DNA of 64,000 nt from Trueperaceae bacterium (GTDB lineage: Bacteria; Deinococcota; Deinococci; Deinococcales; Trueperaceae). Of this stretch, positions 1 through 9,705 are shown one piece after another. Every line of letters starts with the position of its first letter. The first letter of the stretch is position 1. The position numbers and the translations under genes are program-made. The notes below the pieces were generated by a model, which did not search any database, was not told where the DNA came from, and was given only the letters and a program-made list of their open reading frames with translations. The DNA is taken from NCBI GenBank assembly GCA_965213705.1, contig OZ243913.1, forward strand, positions 3,872,001-3,936,000. The letters run 5' to 3'.

Positions 1-1692
1 GTGGCTATGGACACAAAGTACATCTTCGTTACGGGGGGGGTCGTGAGCAGCCTCGGCAAGGGCATCGCCACGTCGTCCGTGGGGGCGCTGCTCCGCGCTC
101 GAGGCTACTCGGTCACCGCCGTCAAAATCGACCCTTACATCAACGTCGACGCGGGCACGATGCGCCCTTACGAACACGGCGAGGTCTTCGTCACCCAGGA
201 CGGGGCCGAAACCGACCTCGACGTCGGCACCTACGAGCGCTTTTTGGACACCGACTTATCTCGCGAGAACAACGTCACCACCGGGCAAGTTTACTTATCC
301 GTCATCGAAAAAGAGCGGCGCGGCGGATACCTGTCGCAGACCGTCCAGGTCATCCCGCACGTCACCGACGAAATCAAGCGGCGCATCTACGAAGCGGGCA
401 GCCGCGTTCACGCCGAAATCGTGCTGGTCGAGGTCGGTGGCACGGTCGGCGACATCGAATCGTTACCGTTTTTGGAGGCCATCCGCCAAATCCGCTTCGA
501 GGTCGGGCGGGACAACACGCTTTATATCCACATCACACTGCTGCCCTACCTGGGCACGTCCGAGGAGTTCAAGACGAAGCCGACCCAGCACTCGGTCGCC
601 ACGCTGCGCGGCGTGGGCATCCAGCCCGACGGCATCGTCCTCCGTTCCAAAAGCCCGGTGCCCGACGAGGTGCGGCGCAAAATCGCGCTCTTCACCAACG
701 TCGAGGCGGACGACGTGTTCAGCTCTTTTGATGCCGACTTCGTCTACGCCGTGCCCGAAATTTTGGAACAGCAGGGCATCGGGCGGTTTATCGAGCGCAG
801 ACTAGGCTTAGAGAAAGTCACCCCCGAACTGCGCGCCTGGCAAGAGGCGGTGCGCGTGCTGCGGCAACCGGCCTTTACGGTGAGCATCGGCGTGGTCGGC
901 AAGTACGTCGCCATGCCGGACGCTTATTTAAGTTTGATGGAGGCCCTGAAACACGCGGGCATCGCCAACGACGCGGCGGTGGTGCTCGAGTGGGTCAACG
1001 CCGAAGACATCGTTGCCAACGGCGAGGACGGCCTGGGCCTGCTGAACACCTTCGACGGTATTTTGGTGCCGGGTGGCTTCGGGGTGCGCGGCATCGAGGG
1101 CAAGGTCAGCGCCGCCCGCTACGCTCGAGAAGGCAACATTCCCTACCTCGGAATTTGTCTGGGGATGCAAGTCGCGGTCATCGAGTACGCGCGTAATGTA
1201 GCGGGCCTGGACGGATCCAACTCGACCGAGTTCGACCCCTACACGCCCCACCCGGTCATCGGCCTCATGCCCGAGCAGTTGGAAGTCGCGGGCTTGGGCG
1301 GCACCATGCGTTTGGGCGACTGGCCCATGCAGGTGCTGGAAGGCACGCTGCTCGAGCACATCTACGGCCTCAGCGCCAACGGCGACCACACCGTGCAGGA
1401 GCGACACCGTCACCGCTTCGAAGTCAACCCGGAGTACGTCGACGCGCTCAAAACGGCGGGCCTGGTCGTCTCCGGCGTCACGCCGGGCATGGCGGGGCGG
1501 GGCGAGGGTTTGGTCGAGGCCATCGAGTTGCCCCATCACCGCTTTTTCCTAGGCGTCCAGTCGCACCCCGAATTCAGCTCACGGCTCATGCGCCCGAGCC
1601 CGCCCTTCAAAGGTTTCATCGCGGCGGCGGTTGAGTACGCTCGAGCGCGAGCCGAACGCGTAGAACAGCCGAGTCTCGTTGTCAAGGATTGA
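1..1692 (+). CDS. pyrG: CTP synthase
   Basis: KYIFVTGGVVSSLGKG N-terminus, GICLGMQ glutaminase motif, ERHRHRFE and QSHPE. Confidence 0.98.
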   Translation: MAMDTKYIFVTGGVVSSLGKGIATSSVGALLRARGYSVTAVKIDPYINVDAGTMRPYEHGEVFVTQDGAETDLDVGTYERFLDTDLSRENNVTTGQVYLSVIEKERRGGYLSQTVQVIPHVTDEIKRRIYEAGSRVHAEIVLVEVGGTVGDIESLPFLEAIRQIRFEVGRDNTLYIHITLLPYLGTSEEFKTKPTQHSVATLRGVGIQPDGIVLRSKSPVPDEVRRKIALFTNVEADDVFSSFDADFVYAVPEILEQQGIGRFIERRLGLEKVTPELRAWQEAVRVLRQPAFTVSIGVVGKYVAMPDAYLSLMEALKHAGIANDAAVVLEWVNAEDIVANGEDGLGLLNTFDGILVPGGFGVRGIEGKVSAARYAREGNIPYLGICLGMQVAVIEYARNVAGLDGSNSTEFDPYTPHPVIGLMPEQLEVAGLGGTMRLGDWPMQVLEGTLLEHIYGLSANGDHTVQERHRHRFEVNPEYVDALKTAGLVVSGVTPGMAGRGEGLVEAIELPHHRFFLGVQSHPEFSSRLMRPSPPFKGFIAAAVEYARARAERVEQPSLVVKD

Positions 1693-2509
1693 GTTCGACA
1701 ATGTCGGCCACGGGTGTGTATACCCAGAGCCTAGTCCGCCCAACGTTCGGCCAAGGCCTGGACTGGGGCAACAACCGAGCCTCGGCCCCGTCCTTGTCCG
1801 TGACAAAAAGCTCATTGTCCACAAAGGTGTATTGGGGCGCACCGAAACCTGAGCTTTTATACCTGCAGGATGCCAGTTCAACCACGGCGTCTCTACTTTT
1901 GTCGCCGTCTTTCGGCAGGAGCGCGTACAGCGCAAGGTATTGGTCATTCACAGTTGAAGTGCCAAAACCATTGGATTCAACCAGAAATTTGTTGCCGTCC
2001 ACGAGCACGGTCGGGTAAGAACTGAAACCTCCCCCCTCTAAGGAGAGCAGGGCTTCGCCCGTATTTACGTCGAAGACAGCCGTTCCGTGGTCGCCGTTGA
2101 ACACCTCTACAAGATAAATACCTCGACGCAACGACTGAGCGTGCAGCGGCAATCCCATAAGTTTTGCCTCAACCGACGTCTGCGCCCGCAGGTTATAGAT
2201 GCGTAGTCCGAAGGGGTCGTTGACAAACACAAACAGGTAATCATCCGTACAAACAACGACCGTGTGTTCGTCGGGGTTGTAGCGGGCGGGTGGGTCGGCG
2301 AACATGAGCGTGGCGGGGACGGTACCGGGGTCGAGCGCGATGAGCACTGTGACGAGGTCGGCCAGGGTGACTTCTCGAGCCTGAGGAGAGTCCGCCACCT
2401 CTATGCCCCCAACGTCTGCAAAAAACGCTGCGCACGTCGTCGGGCCGGGCTGCGCCAGACTGACGAAAAAGGTCAGGAAAACAGCCAAAATCCAAACCCG
2501 TCGGGTCAT
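1682..2509 (-). CDS. Secreted hypothetical protein
   Basis: ORF with signal peptide MTRRVWILAVFLTFFVSLAQ; ATG at 2509 preferred; no recognisable family. Confidence 0.65.
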   Translation of the reverse strand: MTRRVWILAVFLTFFVSLAQPGPTTCAAFFADVGGIEVADSPQAREVTLADLVTVLIALDPGTVPATLMFADPPARYNPDEHTVVVCTDDYLFVFVNDPFGLRIYNLRAQTSVEAKLMGLPLHAQSLRRGIYLVEVFNGDHGTAVFDVNTGEALLSLEGGGFSSYPTVLVDGNKFLVESNGFGTSTVNDQYLALYALLPKDGDKSRDAVVELASCRYKSSGFGAPQYTFVDNELFVTDKDGAEARLLPQSRPWPNVGRTRLWVYTPVADIVELNP

Positions 2510-2579
2510 GCCGACAGTAGAGCACAATCATAGGCCCCACTGCTTTACCTCGCCGGACGAACTCGGTTAGCCTGTGAAC

Positions 2580-3209
2580 ATGAACCGTAAACCGCTCGTC
2601 ATCGGGCTGGCCGGGGGCACGGGCTCGGGCAAGACGACGGTCGCCGAGGCCGTCATAAGTGCGGCCGGGGCCGACCAGGTCGTCATTCTGCCCCAAGACG
2701 CCTACTACCGCGCCCAGCACGACCTCCCCGCCGAGGTGCGCGCGCTGACGAACTACGACGAGCCGAGCGCCTTTGACACGGACTTGCTGGTCGAACACGT
2801 CGACGCGCTGGTGCGCGGCGAAGGCGTGGCGCGGCCCGTCTACGACTTTACCCGGGACGACCGCGCCGAAGCCACCGTGCCGCTGGACCCGGCCCCGGTG
2901 CTCGTAGTCGAGGGCATTTTGGTCCTGCACGAACCCGAACTGCGCAGCCGCATGACGCTCAAAGTGTTCGTGGACGCGCCGCCCGACGAGCGCTTTATCC
3001 GGCGCTTAGAGCGCGACGTGAAAGAACGCGGCCGCAGCGCCGAGAGCGTCATCAACCAGTACCGCCGCACGGTCAAACCCATGCACGACCTGTTCGTCGA
3101 ACCCACCAAGGCCCACGCCAACCTCATCTTCCCCGAAGGCGGCGAGAACCGCGTTGCGCTGGACGTGTTGAGCGCTTACATTGTCAACTTTGTCAAAAGC
3201 TATTCGTGA
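2580..3209 (+). CDS. udk: Uridine kinase
   Basis: IGLAGGTGSGKTT P-loop, QDAYY, NYDEP, RRLERDVKERGR; TAGCCT 6 nt before ATG. Confidence 0.95.
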   Translation: MNRKPLVIGLAGGTGSGKTTVAEAVISAAGADQVVILPQDAYYRAQHDLPAEVRALTNYDEPSAFDTDLLVEHVDALVRGEGVARPVYDFTRDDRAEATVPLDPAPVLVVEGILVLHEPELRSRMTLKVFVDAPPDERFIRRLERDVKERGRSAESVINQYRRTVKPMHDLFVEPTKAHANLIFPEGGENRVALDVLSAYIVNFVKSYS

Positions 3210-3398
3210 CCTTGTGCAAAGCTTGGAAGAGGAAAGTACCGAGTACCTAGTGAAAAGTGGAAAGTAAAAGTCAAAAGCTTTGACTTCCCTACTCAGACAG
3301 CCCCTAGCCCCACGCCCCGACCAAGGGTTAGACTACGAACTTATGTCCGCGGCCGACTCTTCGCAGCGGCTCAAACTGGAACGGTACGGGACAAAGCT

Positions 3399-5228
3399 AT
3401 GCGCTTAAAAACGGTTCTCTGGTTGCTCATCCTGCTGAGCCTCATCCCTGCCAGCGTCCTCGTCGTACGCCGCGTGCAGGCCGAAGGCGGGCGGCGCACG
3501 GTGACGATTTTGATGGACGAGGCCGCCTTGGACATTCAAGCGCAGTACCTGGGCGTGAGCAGTTTGGAGTTGGGGCGGCACTACCAGAGTTTGGGCCTGA
3601 ACGGCATCGCGCTTTACGAAGACACTTTGGAAAGCGCCGAGGCCAAGGGTAAACTTGCCGTGCTGCTCGCGTCCGAGGCGGAGGAGCTGGCGCTGGCTCG
3701 AGCCGAACCCCTGCCCGACCTGCCGCCCGACAGTTTGCTGGTGAGCGAGTTGGAGCCGGGGGCGCTTCGTGGGACCCTCGCCAAAAACGCACCCAACCCC
3801 GAACAGATGGTGTTTTTGGGCCGTCCCTGGTTCGTCTACCCCGGCCGCGCCGTCGAGGTGCGCCCCGCCGGGCCGGATAGGGTGTCTATAGAGGCTTGGG
3901 CGGCGGCAGGTTTCGACATCGCCTACCGCCCGCGCAACTTTCCGGGTCTACGCGGCGTCGGCGCGGACTTTCCGCCCGAGGCGCACTACCTTATCCACGC
4001 CGGTTTACAGGTGGCGGGCTACCCGAACAGCTTGACGGAACTCGTCGCCGCCTCGCAACCCTACCTCACCGGCGTCATCGAAGGCACCGAGCAGGACGGG
4101 ATGCCCCAAATCGTCCGCAAAGTTCCCACCGCGCGGCTGCTGAGCTTCAACCAAGACTACGTCAACCAGCGCCTGACGCCGCAAAGCCTGATTGACAAAT
4201 ACCTGCTCGCCGCCAACGAGCGCGGCGTGCGCATCTTTTACCTGCGGCCCTACACCGAAGAACAGCTCGGCGACATGTTCGCGAACACCGACCGGCTCGT
4301 TGAGGGTTTGGCGGCGCGGCTCGAGCAAGAGGGTTACACGATTGGCCCGCTCGAGACGCTCGACCTCAACTATCAAACCAACGCCCTGTTCCGAGGCTTG
4401 AGCGCGCTCGGCGTGCTGGCCGGACTTGTTTTGCTGGCCCTGCTCTACCCCGGCGTGTGGGGACTGCTCGTCGCGCTCGGCGTGCTCGGTTTGGGCGTCT
4501 TCGCCAACGGCTTCGACTGGGGCGCGCTGGCGCTCGCCGCCGCACTCACCTTTCCGGTCATCGGCTACGGTCACCTGAAAGAACGTTTGACGAGTCTGGG
4601 GCTGGCGACGCTCGTCAGCTTAGCGGGCGCGATACTGTTGTCGGCAGTCGGCAGCGACCGCGAGGCGATGCTGGCGATAAACCCGTTTGCAGGCGTCGCG
4701 GCGACGCTTGTCGTGCCACCCGTTTTGTTCTTGTTTCACTACGCGCTGCGCTACCGCCGTCCGGCGAGTTGGGTGCGGGACTTTTGGAACTACCCCATCC
4801 GCGTCGGCAACGTGGCGGTGGTGCTGCTCGGGCTGTTCGCGCTGGCGCTGGTCTTTTTGCGGCGTGGCAACTTTCCGCTCATCGGGGCGAGCGGCGGCGA
4901 GTTGGCGCTGCGCAGTTTGCTCTCGGACCTGTTCGTACGGCCTCGCTTCAAAGAGTTGTTGGGACATCCGCTGGCGGTGCTGGGGTTGACCGAGCGCGGT
5001 TTGCCGGCTTGGGTCACGGCGGCGCTGCTGACCGGCGGGGTGGTGGCGCAGGCGAGCATCTTAAACAGCTTCAGCCACTACCACACGCCGCTGCTCGTCT
5101 CCTTGCAGCGCACCGTCGTGGCGCTCGTGCTGGGCCTCGTCATCGGGCTGCTGCTCGTGCCGGTCGTCAAACTCACGCTTCGTCTGGGGCGGCGCTGGCT
5201 GGCGAGCGCGGACGTGACGAGTGGGTAG
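3399..5228 (+). CDS. DUF5693-family membrane protein (csaB-associated)
   Basis: N-terminal TM, AANERGVRIFYLRP, RPRFKELLGHP, NSFSHYHTP, multi-TM C-terminus; directly upstream of csaB. Confidence 0.8.
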   Translation: MRLKTVLWLLILLSLIPASVLVVRRVQAEGGRRTVTILMDEAALDIQAQYLGVSSLELGRHYQSLGLNGIALYEDTLESAEAKGKLAVLLASEAEELALARAEPLPDLPPDSLLVSELEPGALRGTLAKNAPNPEQMVFLGRPWFVYPGRAVEVRPAGPDRVSIEAWAAAGFDIAYRPRNFPGLRGVGADFPPEAHYLIHAGLQVAGYPNSLTELVAASQPYLTGVIEGTEQDGMPQIVRKVPTARLLSFNQDYVNQRLTPQSLIDKYLLAANERGVRIFYLRPYTEEQLGDMFANTDRLVEGLAARLEQEGYTIGPLETLDLNYQTNALFRGLSALGVLAGLVLLALLYPGVWGLLVALGVLGLGVFANGFDWGALALAAALTFPVIGYGHLKERLTSLGLATLVSLAGAILLSAVGSDREAMLAINPFAGVAATLVVPPVLFLFHYALRYRRPASWVRDFWNYPIRVGNVAVVLLGLFALALVFLRRGNFPLIGASGGELALRSLLSDLFVRPRFKELLGHPLAVLGLTERGLPAWVTAALLTGGVVAQASILNSFSHYHTPLLVSLQRTVVALVLGLVIGLLLVPVVKLTLRLGRRWLASADVTSG

Positions 5229-5339
5229 GAGAAAGGAAGAAGGGGAAAGGAGAAAGGAGAAAGTAAAATCAGAAGCTTTCTCTCCTCTGCTCAAGTCTTC
5301 TGCTATTGAAGAAACGCACCTCGAGCCGCCCGCCCACTC

Positions 5340-6335
5340 ATGAAAGTCCTTGTCAGCGGCTACTACGGCTTCGGCAACCTGGGCGACGAGGCGCTGCTGA
5401 GCGGGCTGCTGGATATCCTGCGCTCGGCCGGGCACGAGGTCACCGTTTTGTCCCAAATCCCCGAGGCGACCGAACGGTTGCACGGGGTCAGGGCCGTGTC
5501 CCGACTGGCGGGCGCACCCGGCGCGCTGCTGCGCTGCGAGGCGTTCGTCTCCGGCGGCGGCGGGTTGCTGCAGGACAAAACGAGTTTCCGCAGCTTGCAG
5601 TATTACCTGGGACTTATAAGTTCGGCGAAACGGCTCGGCAAGCGCGTGGTGGTTTACGGCCAGTCGGTCGGCCCCCTGAGCGAACGGGGGCGGCGGGCCG
5701 TCGCTTCTACACTTCGCGGCGTCTCGGTCGCAGTGCGTGACAAGCCTTCGCAAAGGTTGCTCGAGTCCCTGAACCTCCCCTCCTACCTCTGCGCCGACGC
5801 GGCCCTGCTTCTCAAAGCGCCGCTCGAGCCGCCCACCTCTCGAAATGAAGCCGACACCGTCCTCCTCATCCCCCGCGCGGGCTACCCCGAAATCACCGAA
5901 GCGCTTGTCGAAACCGGGCGAGACCTCGGCGCTCGAGGCGTCAAGGTGGCGGCGGCGGCCGTGCAACCGAGTGAAGATGCGCCGGCTCTACAAGTTTTAC
6001 AAGAGGCTGTTCCAGGGCTTAAGCTGCTGCAAGCGGCGACGCCCGAGGGGTTGCTCGAGCACGTTGCCGACGCGAGCTACGTCGTCTCGGGGCGGCTGCA
6101 CGGCCTCGTGTTGGCGGCGGTGGCGGGGCGGGACTTTTGCGGAATAGTCTACGACCCCAAGGTAGCGGCCTTTTTGGACGAGGCGGGCGCGCCCGCTTTC
6201 ACGCTGCCGGTTGACAGGGCCGAACTGTTGCGCTGCGCCCTGGAAAAGCCAGCCCTACCCGCAGCACGTGTCGCCGACCTCAAAGCCAGGGCCGAGGCGG
6301 GCGCGGTTTATCTGTTGAATCAGCTCGGCCCCTGA
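5340..6335 (+). CDS. csaB: Polysaccharide pyruvyl transferase
   Basis: SGYYGFGNLGDEA, SGGGGLLQDKTSFRSLQYY, RLHG, YDPKV. Confidence 0.93.
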   Translation: MKVLVSGYYGFGNLGDEALLSGLLDILRSAGHEVTVLSQIPEATERLHGVRAVSRLAGAPGALLRCEAFVSGGGGLLQDKTSFRSLQYYLGLISSAKRLGKRVVVYGQSVGPLSERGRRAVASTLRGVSVAVRDKPSQRLLESLNLPSYLCADAALLLKAPLEPPTSRNEADTVLLIPRAGYPEITEALVETGRDLGARGVKVAAAAVQPSEDAPALQVLQEAVPGLKLLQAATPEGLLEHVADASYVVSGRLHGLVLAAVAGRDFCGIVYDPKVAAFLDEAGAPAFTLPVDRAELLRCALEKPALPAARVADLKARAEAGAVYLLNQLGP

Positions 6336-6429
6336 AGACTGCCCCCAAAGACTGGCCGTAAGAACCACCTATAAAAATTACCTGTAAAAACCACGCAGCG
6401 GGTTGGGACACGGTAAGCTGAGGCCGCCC

Positions 6430-7185
6430 ATGCCGCGCGTCGTCATCCTCCTCTGCTTGCTCTTGTCTTTCGGTTCGGCGCAGTCGACGTTGGACCGAAT
6501 GCTCAGCAACCTGAACGAAGGTTTCTATTCGGTCGCGGCGCAAGTGGACGGCCCCGCGCTCGTTCGGGAACGTCCCGCCGACCCCGAAGCCCACTACCTC
6601 TACAGCAACGCGCTCTACCTGACCGGCAACGTCGCAGCGGCCCGCACCGAACTGGACGCCGCGCTGGCCCTGGACCCGCCCGCCGACGACTACCGCTATA
6701 GCCTGCTGAACGGCCTGCTCCGCGCCGCGGAAGGCGACAGCGAAGGTGCCAGGCGCTTGCTCCGCAACACCTTTCTACGCGCCCAAACCTACGAGGTCGC
6801 GAGTGCCTGGGGCCGCGTCGCTTGGCAGAGAGGTGACTACGAAGAGGCACTGGAGGCGTACACCGCCGCCGCCGCTACCCCGGAGGGCCGGCGTGAAGTC
6901 TGGGCGCAACTCAATCGGGGCCGAATGCTCAAGGCGCTGGGCCGTTTTGAAGAAGCTGTTCAAGCCTTTAACCAGGCCATCCAAATTTTTGTCGACAACG
7001 ACCCCGGCGGCAACCGACTGCCCAACCCCGGCTACGTCGAGGCTTTTTTCCGGCTGGGTGAAATCTACGAAACCCAGGGCGACTTCAAACAGGCCGAAGC
7101 CCAGTACCGAGCCGCCCAAGGAGCCGACCCCAACTACGCCCCCGCCATCGCCGCGCTCGACCGTTTGGCCCGGAGCAGTCCCTGA
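6430..7185 (+). CDS. Secreted tetratricopeptide-repeat protein
   Basis: Signal peptide followed by TPR-like helices (AFFRLGEIYETQGDFKQAEAQYRAA). Confidence 0.85.
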   Translation: MPRVVILLCLLLSFGSAQSTLDRMLSNLNEGFYSVAAQVDGPALVRERPADPEAHYLYSNALYLTGNVAAARTELDAALALDPPADDYRYSLLNGLLRAAEGDSEGARRLLRNTFLRAQTYEVASAWGRVAWQRGDYEEALEAYTAAAATPEGRREVWAQLNRGRMLKALGRFEEAVQAFNQAIQIFVDNDPGGNRLPNPGYVEAFFRLGEIYETQGDFKQAEAQYRAAQGADPNYAPAIAALDRLARSSP

Positions 7186-7266
7186 AGCACCGAGACAAAG
7201 TCGAAAGTGAAAAGTAGAGGTTTTTCCCGCTCGAGAAGGGTACCCAAGCCAAGTTACCAAAACGCA

Positions 7267-7296
7267 TTGACCCGCCCGGCTTGTGCCTGGTAAGCT
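7267..7296 (+). promoter_or_regulatory. Sigma70-type promoter of tRNA-Ser
   Basis: TTGACC (7267) and TGgTAAGCT extended -10 (7291), about 20 nt before the tRNA. Confidence 0.65.
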
Positions 7297-7315
7297 ACGC
7301 TCTCGCTCGAATCCC

Positions 7316-7407
7316 GGAGAGGTGTCCGAGCGGTTGAAGGAGCGCGCCTGGAAAGCGCGTATGTCGGGTAACCGGCATCAGGGGTTCGAATCCCCTTCTC
7401 TCCGCCA
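7316..7407 (+). tRNA. tRNA-Ser(GGA)
   Basis: GGAGAGG acceptor stem, anticodon arm CGCGC-ctGGAaa-GCGCG, long variable arm, GGTTCGAATCC T-arm, encoded CCA. Confidence 0.97.
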
Positions 7408-7420
7408 GAAACGTAAAAAG

Positions 7421-7450
7421 TGGACTTCGGCTCTAAACCGGGGTCCATTT
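7421..7450 (+). terminator. Intrinsic terminator after tRNA
   Basis: tggacttcgg-ctctaaa-ccggggtcca hairpin followed by TTT. Confidence 0.6.
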
Positions 7451-7559
7451 GATTTGTGCAGATACACCCACAGGCTTATTTCGGTTTCTGGAAGGAATAC
7501 TCGGGTCGGACTCCGAAGATGAAGGGCTCGAGCCTCAAAGTCCGTTCCACTCTTCGAGG

Positions 7560-7673
7560 CTAAGCTGGCGCTCGAGGGTTCCTACGATTTCCTCTGCCAC
7601 CCTCGAGCTTGTCATACACCGCCAGCGCCAAGGCTTGTTCGACGTAATCGCTCAAAATAAAACGAACTGCCAT
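7560..7673 (-). pseudogene. Truncated HicB-like antitoxin remnant
   Basis: MAVRFILSDYVEQALALAVYDKLEG resembles a HicB-family N-terminus, then unrelated sequence and a stop after 37 codons; TATAAT 6 nt before ATG. Confidence 0.55.
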
Positions 7674-7847
7674 AGGTTGATTATAGACGATGAGGTGCCT
7701 TCTCGAGCCTTTCTTCAAAAAAGTTGTCTCTAAAATTCTGAGGGCTTTGGTAGACTCGAGTTCATTACAAAGTTAGAGACTTGAGGGCTGAGGTTCCTAA
7801 TCCGGTTTAAGGCATATTAGTAACCACCTCATGCTCGGAGAGTATAT

Positions 7848-8225
7848 CTAGATTTCACTAGACCAATAATTGGCAATTTCATCTGCTAGTTTTCGTGTCT
7901 CTGGCCCCATATACTTATGTGCAACTTTCAGTGCTTTTTCGTCGCCATCAATTCGCTCGCATACGGTAACAGTAACAACATTACGAATCTCTTTTTCGTC
8001 GCTAGACGCCAACTTTTCCAGAAAACTAAATATGCGAGCAAGCAGTTCAGGGTTGTCTTCATTTTGCAACCACACTATTAGCGACGGATTAAGGACTGTC
8101 CCGTAAATCAAGTGGTCTTTAAATGCCTCATTGGAATAAAAGCTTTTATTTTCGTCGTACTCGGCACGGAGTTCTGGAACCGCTTCTACTAACGCTTCCC
8201 CTAAGGTATCTGGCGTCATTTTCAT
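7848..8225 (-). CDS. AT-rich small helical hypothetical protein (immunity-protein-like)
   Basis: GGAGG RBS before ATG 8225; RIFSFLEKLA...NVVTVTVCE...MGPETRK pattern; visibly lower GC than flanks. Confidence 0.7.
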   Translation of the reverse strand: MKMTPDTLGEALVEAVPELRAEYDENKSFYSNEAFKDHLIYGTVLNPSLIVWLQNEDNPELLARIFSFLEKLASSDEKEIRNVVTVTVCERIDGDEKALKVAHKYMGPETRKLADEIANYWSSEI

Positions 8226-8312
8226 CTTAAGCCTCCTCTCCATACATCTTAAGTGTCTCCACGAACGGCTCCAGCAAGAATTTCGACTCGCCGTCTGAAG
8301 TGGAGCCTGCCC

Positions 8313-8867
8313 TCACCCCTCACCAAGCTCGGCAAACGCCTCTTCCAACGCCGCGACCTCGATGAGCGCGTCGTCCAGGTCTTTCGCCAGGTAGGTGTCG
8401 GTGCTTAGGCGCGTGGCGTCGGTGAGGACCTGGTAGACCTTGCCGCGCAGGGTTTTCAGGGTGCCAACGAACTCGGTCAGTTCCGCCTCGACCTTGTTCG
8501 CCGCTGCGAGCGTTTGGGCGTGCTGCGCCTCACGCGGGGACAGCTCGAGCAAGTAAGCTGCCAGACTCGTCCCGTGACGGGCGCGCGGCAGGGCGCGCTC
8601 GACGAGCAGGTCGACCCGCTGCGCGAGGTCGCCAAGTTCCCGCTGCAAGGCGGCGGGTGCGCTGTCGGCCTGCCTGTGAACGTCTTGGGCGATGGCGACG
8701 GCCTCGCCCATCAGTTGCCGGTACGGTTGCGCCAACGCGCCTAAAGCCTGCGCGCTGACGGTCGTTTTGGACTGGCGGCGGCTCAGCCGAACGCCGCTGA
8801 CGATGCCCCACACGCCCAGCCCCAAAACGAGGAGCAGGACGAGGACGAGTTCGAGGGTCAGCGCCAC
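8313..8867 (-). CDS. Membrane-anchored coiled-coil protein downstream of pspA
   Basis: N-terminal TM helix, helical body, host-like codon use. Confidence 0.75.
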   Translation of the reverse strand: MALTLELVLVLLLVLGLGVWGIVSGVRLSRRQSKTTVSAQALGALAQPYRQLMGEAVAIAQDVHRQADSAPAALQRELGDLAQRVDLLVERALPRARHGTSLAAYLLELSPREAQHAQTLAAANKVEAELTEFVGTLKTLRGKVYQVLTDATRLSTDTYLAKDLDDALIEVAALEEAFAELGEG

Positions 8868-8899
8868 GGGTTACTCACGGTAGGTTTAGGTAGCGACGT

Positions 8900-9568
8900 T
8901 CAAGCGCCGTCGGAGAGTTTGGCTTTGAGCGCGGCCAACTCGTCTTCGACGGCGCTGTCTTGCTCGAGCGCCGCGAACTCGTCGTCCAGGCTCAAACTTT
9001 GAGCCAACTCTTCTTCGGCGTTGACGCGGTCTTCCATCCCTTCGATTTTTTGCTCCATCCTGTCAAAGGCCTCGAACGCCTTGCGGGTGTCGGTTTTGGA
9101 CAGCGCGCCGCTCAGGGTTTGCTGCGCCTCGACGCGCTTTTGCCGGGCGATGAGGAGTTGGCGCTTGCGCTCGGCCTCGCCGATTTTGGCGTCTAAGGCG
9201 CGGAGTTGGGTCTTGAGCTTGTCGACCATCGCGGTGTGCGCGTCGAACTGACCTTTGAGACCTTCGGCAAGGTCGGCGCTGCCCTGCTTGCGTTTTAGGG
9301 CTTCGCGGGCGAGGTCGTCGCGGTCTTGTTTGAGGGCGGTTTCGGCCTTGACCAGCCAGTTTTCGGACTCACGCACGTTGCTTTGGTAGTCGCGCTCGAG
9401 CTTTTTACCCTCGGCGATGGCCTGCGCGACTTCCATGCGCGCTTCGTACTGCGCCTGACGCATGTCCATCAGCGTCTGGTTGATGATTTTTTCGGGGTCT
9501 TCGGCGCGGCTGAGCAGGTCATTCAGGTTCGCGCGTAAAATCGTGCCGATGCGGTCGATGATGCTCAT
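8900..9568 (-). CDS. pspA: PspA/IM30 family protein
   Basis: MSIIDRIGTILRANLNDLLSRAEDPEK...AVEDELAALKAKL. Confidence 0.93.
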   Translation of the reverse strand: MSIIDRIGTILRANLNDLLSRAEDPEKIINQTLMDMRQAQYEARMEVAQAIAEGKKLERDYQSNVRESENWLVKAETALKQDRDDLAREALKRKQGSADLAEGLKGQFDAHTAMVDKLKTQLRALDAKIGEAERKRQLLIARQKRVEAQQTLSGALSKTDTRKAFEAFDRMEQKIEGMEDRVNAEEELAQSLSLDDEFAALEQDSAVEDELAALKAKLSDGA

Positions 9569-9585
9569 GGGGGGCTCCTTAAAGT

Positions 9586-9617
9586 AAGTACCGAGGACCG
9601 AGTGGAAAGTACCGAGT
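9586..9617. repeat. 32-bp direct repeat, copy 1
   Basis: AAGTACCGAGGACCGAGTGGAAAGTACCGAGT, identical to 10724-10755. Confidence 0.9.
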
Positions 9618-9705
9618 GAAAAGGAAAGTCAGAAGTTTTTTCTTCCTTGCTCCTTCTCTTACTTGCTGTCTCCTTTGCCGAAACAAAGTGCCTGTGCTGA
9701 GGGTT

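Noticed and set aside
7408..8300. Intact prophage or integrative element at tRNA-Ser
   Set aside because: No integrase and no duplicated tRNA-Ser 3' end seen in the window.
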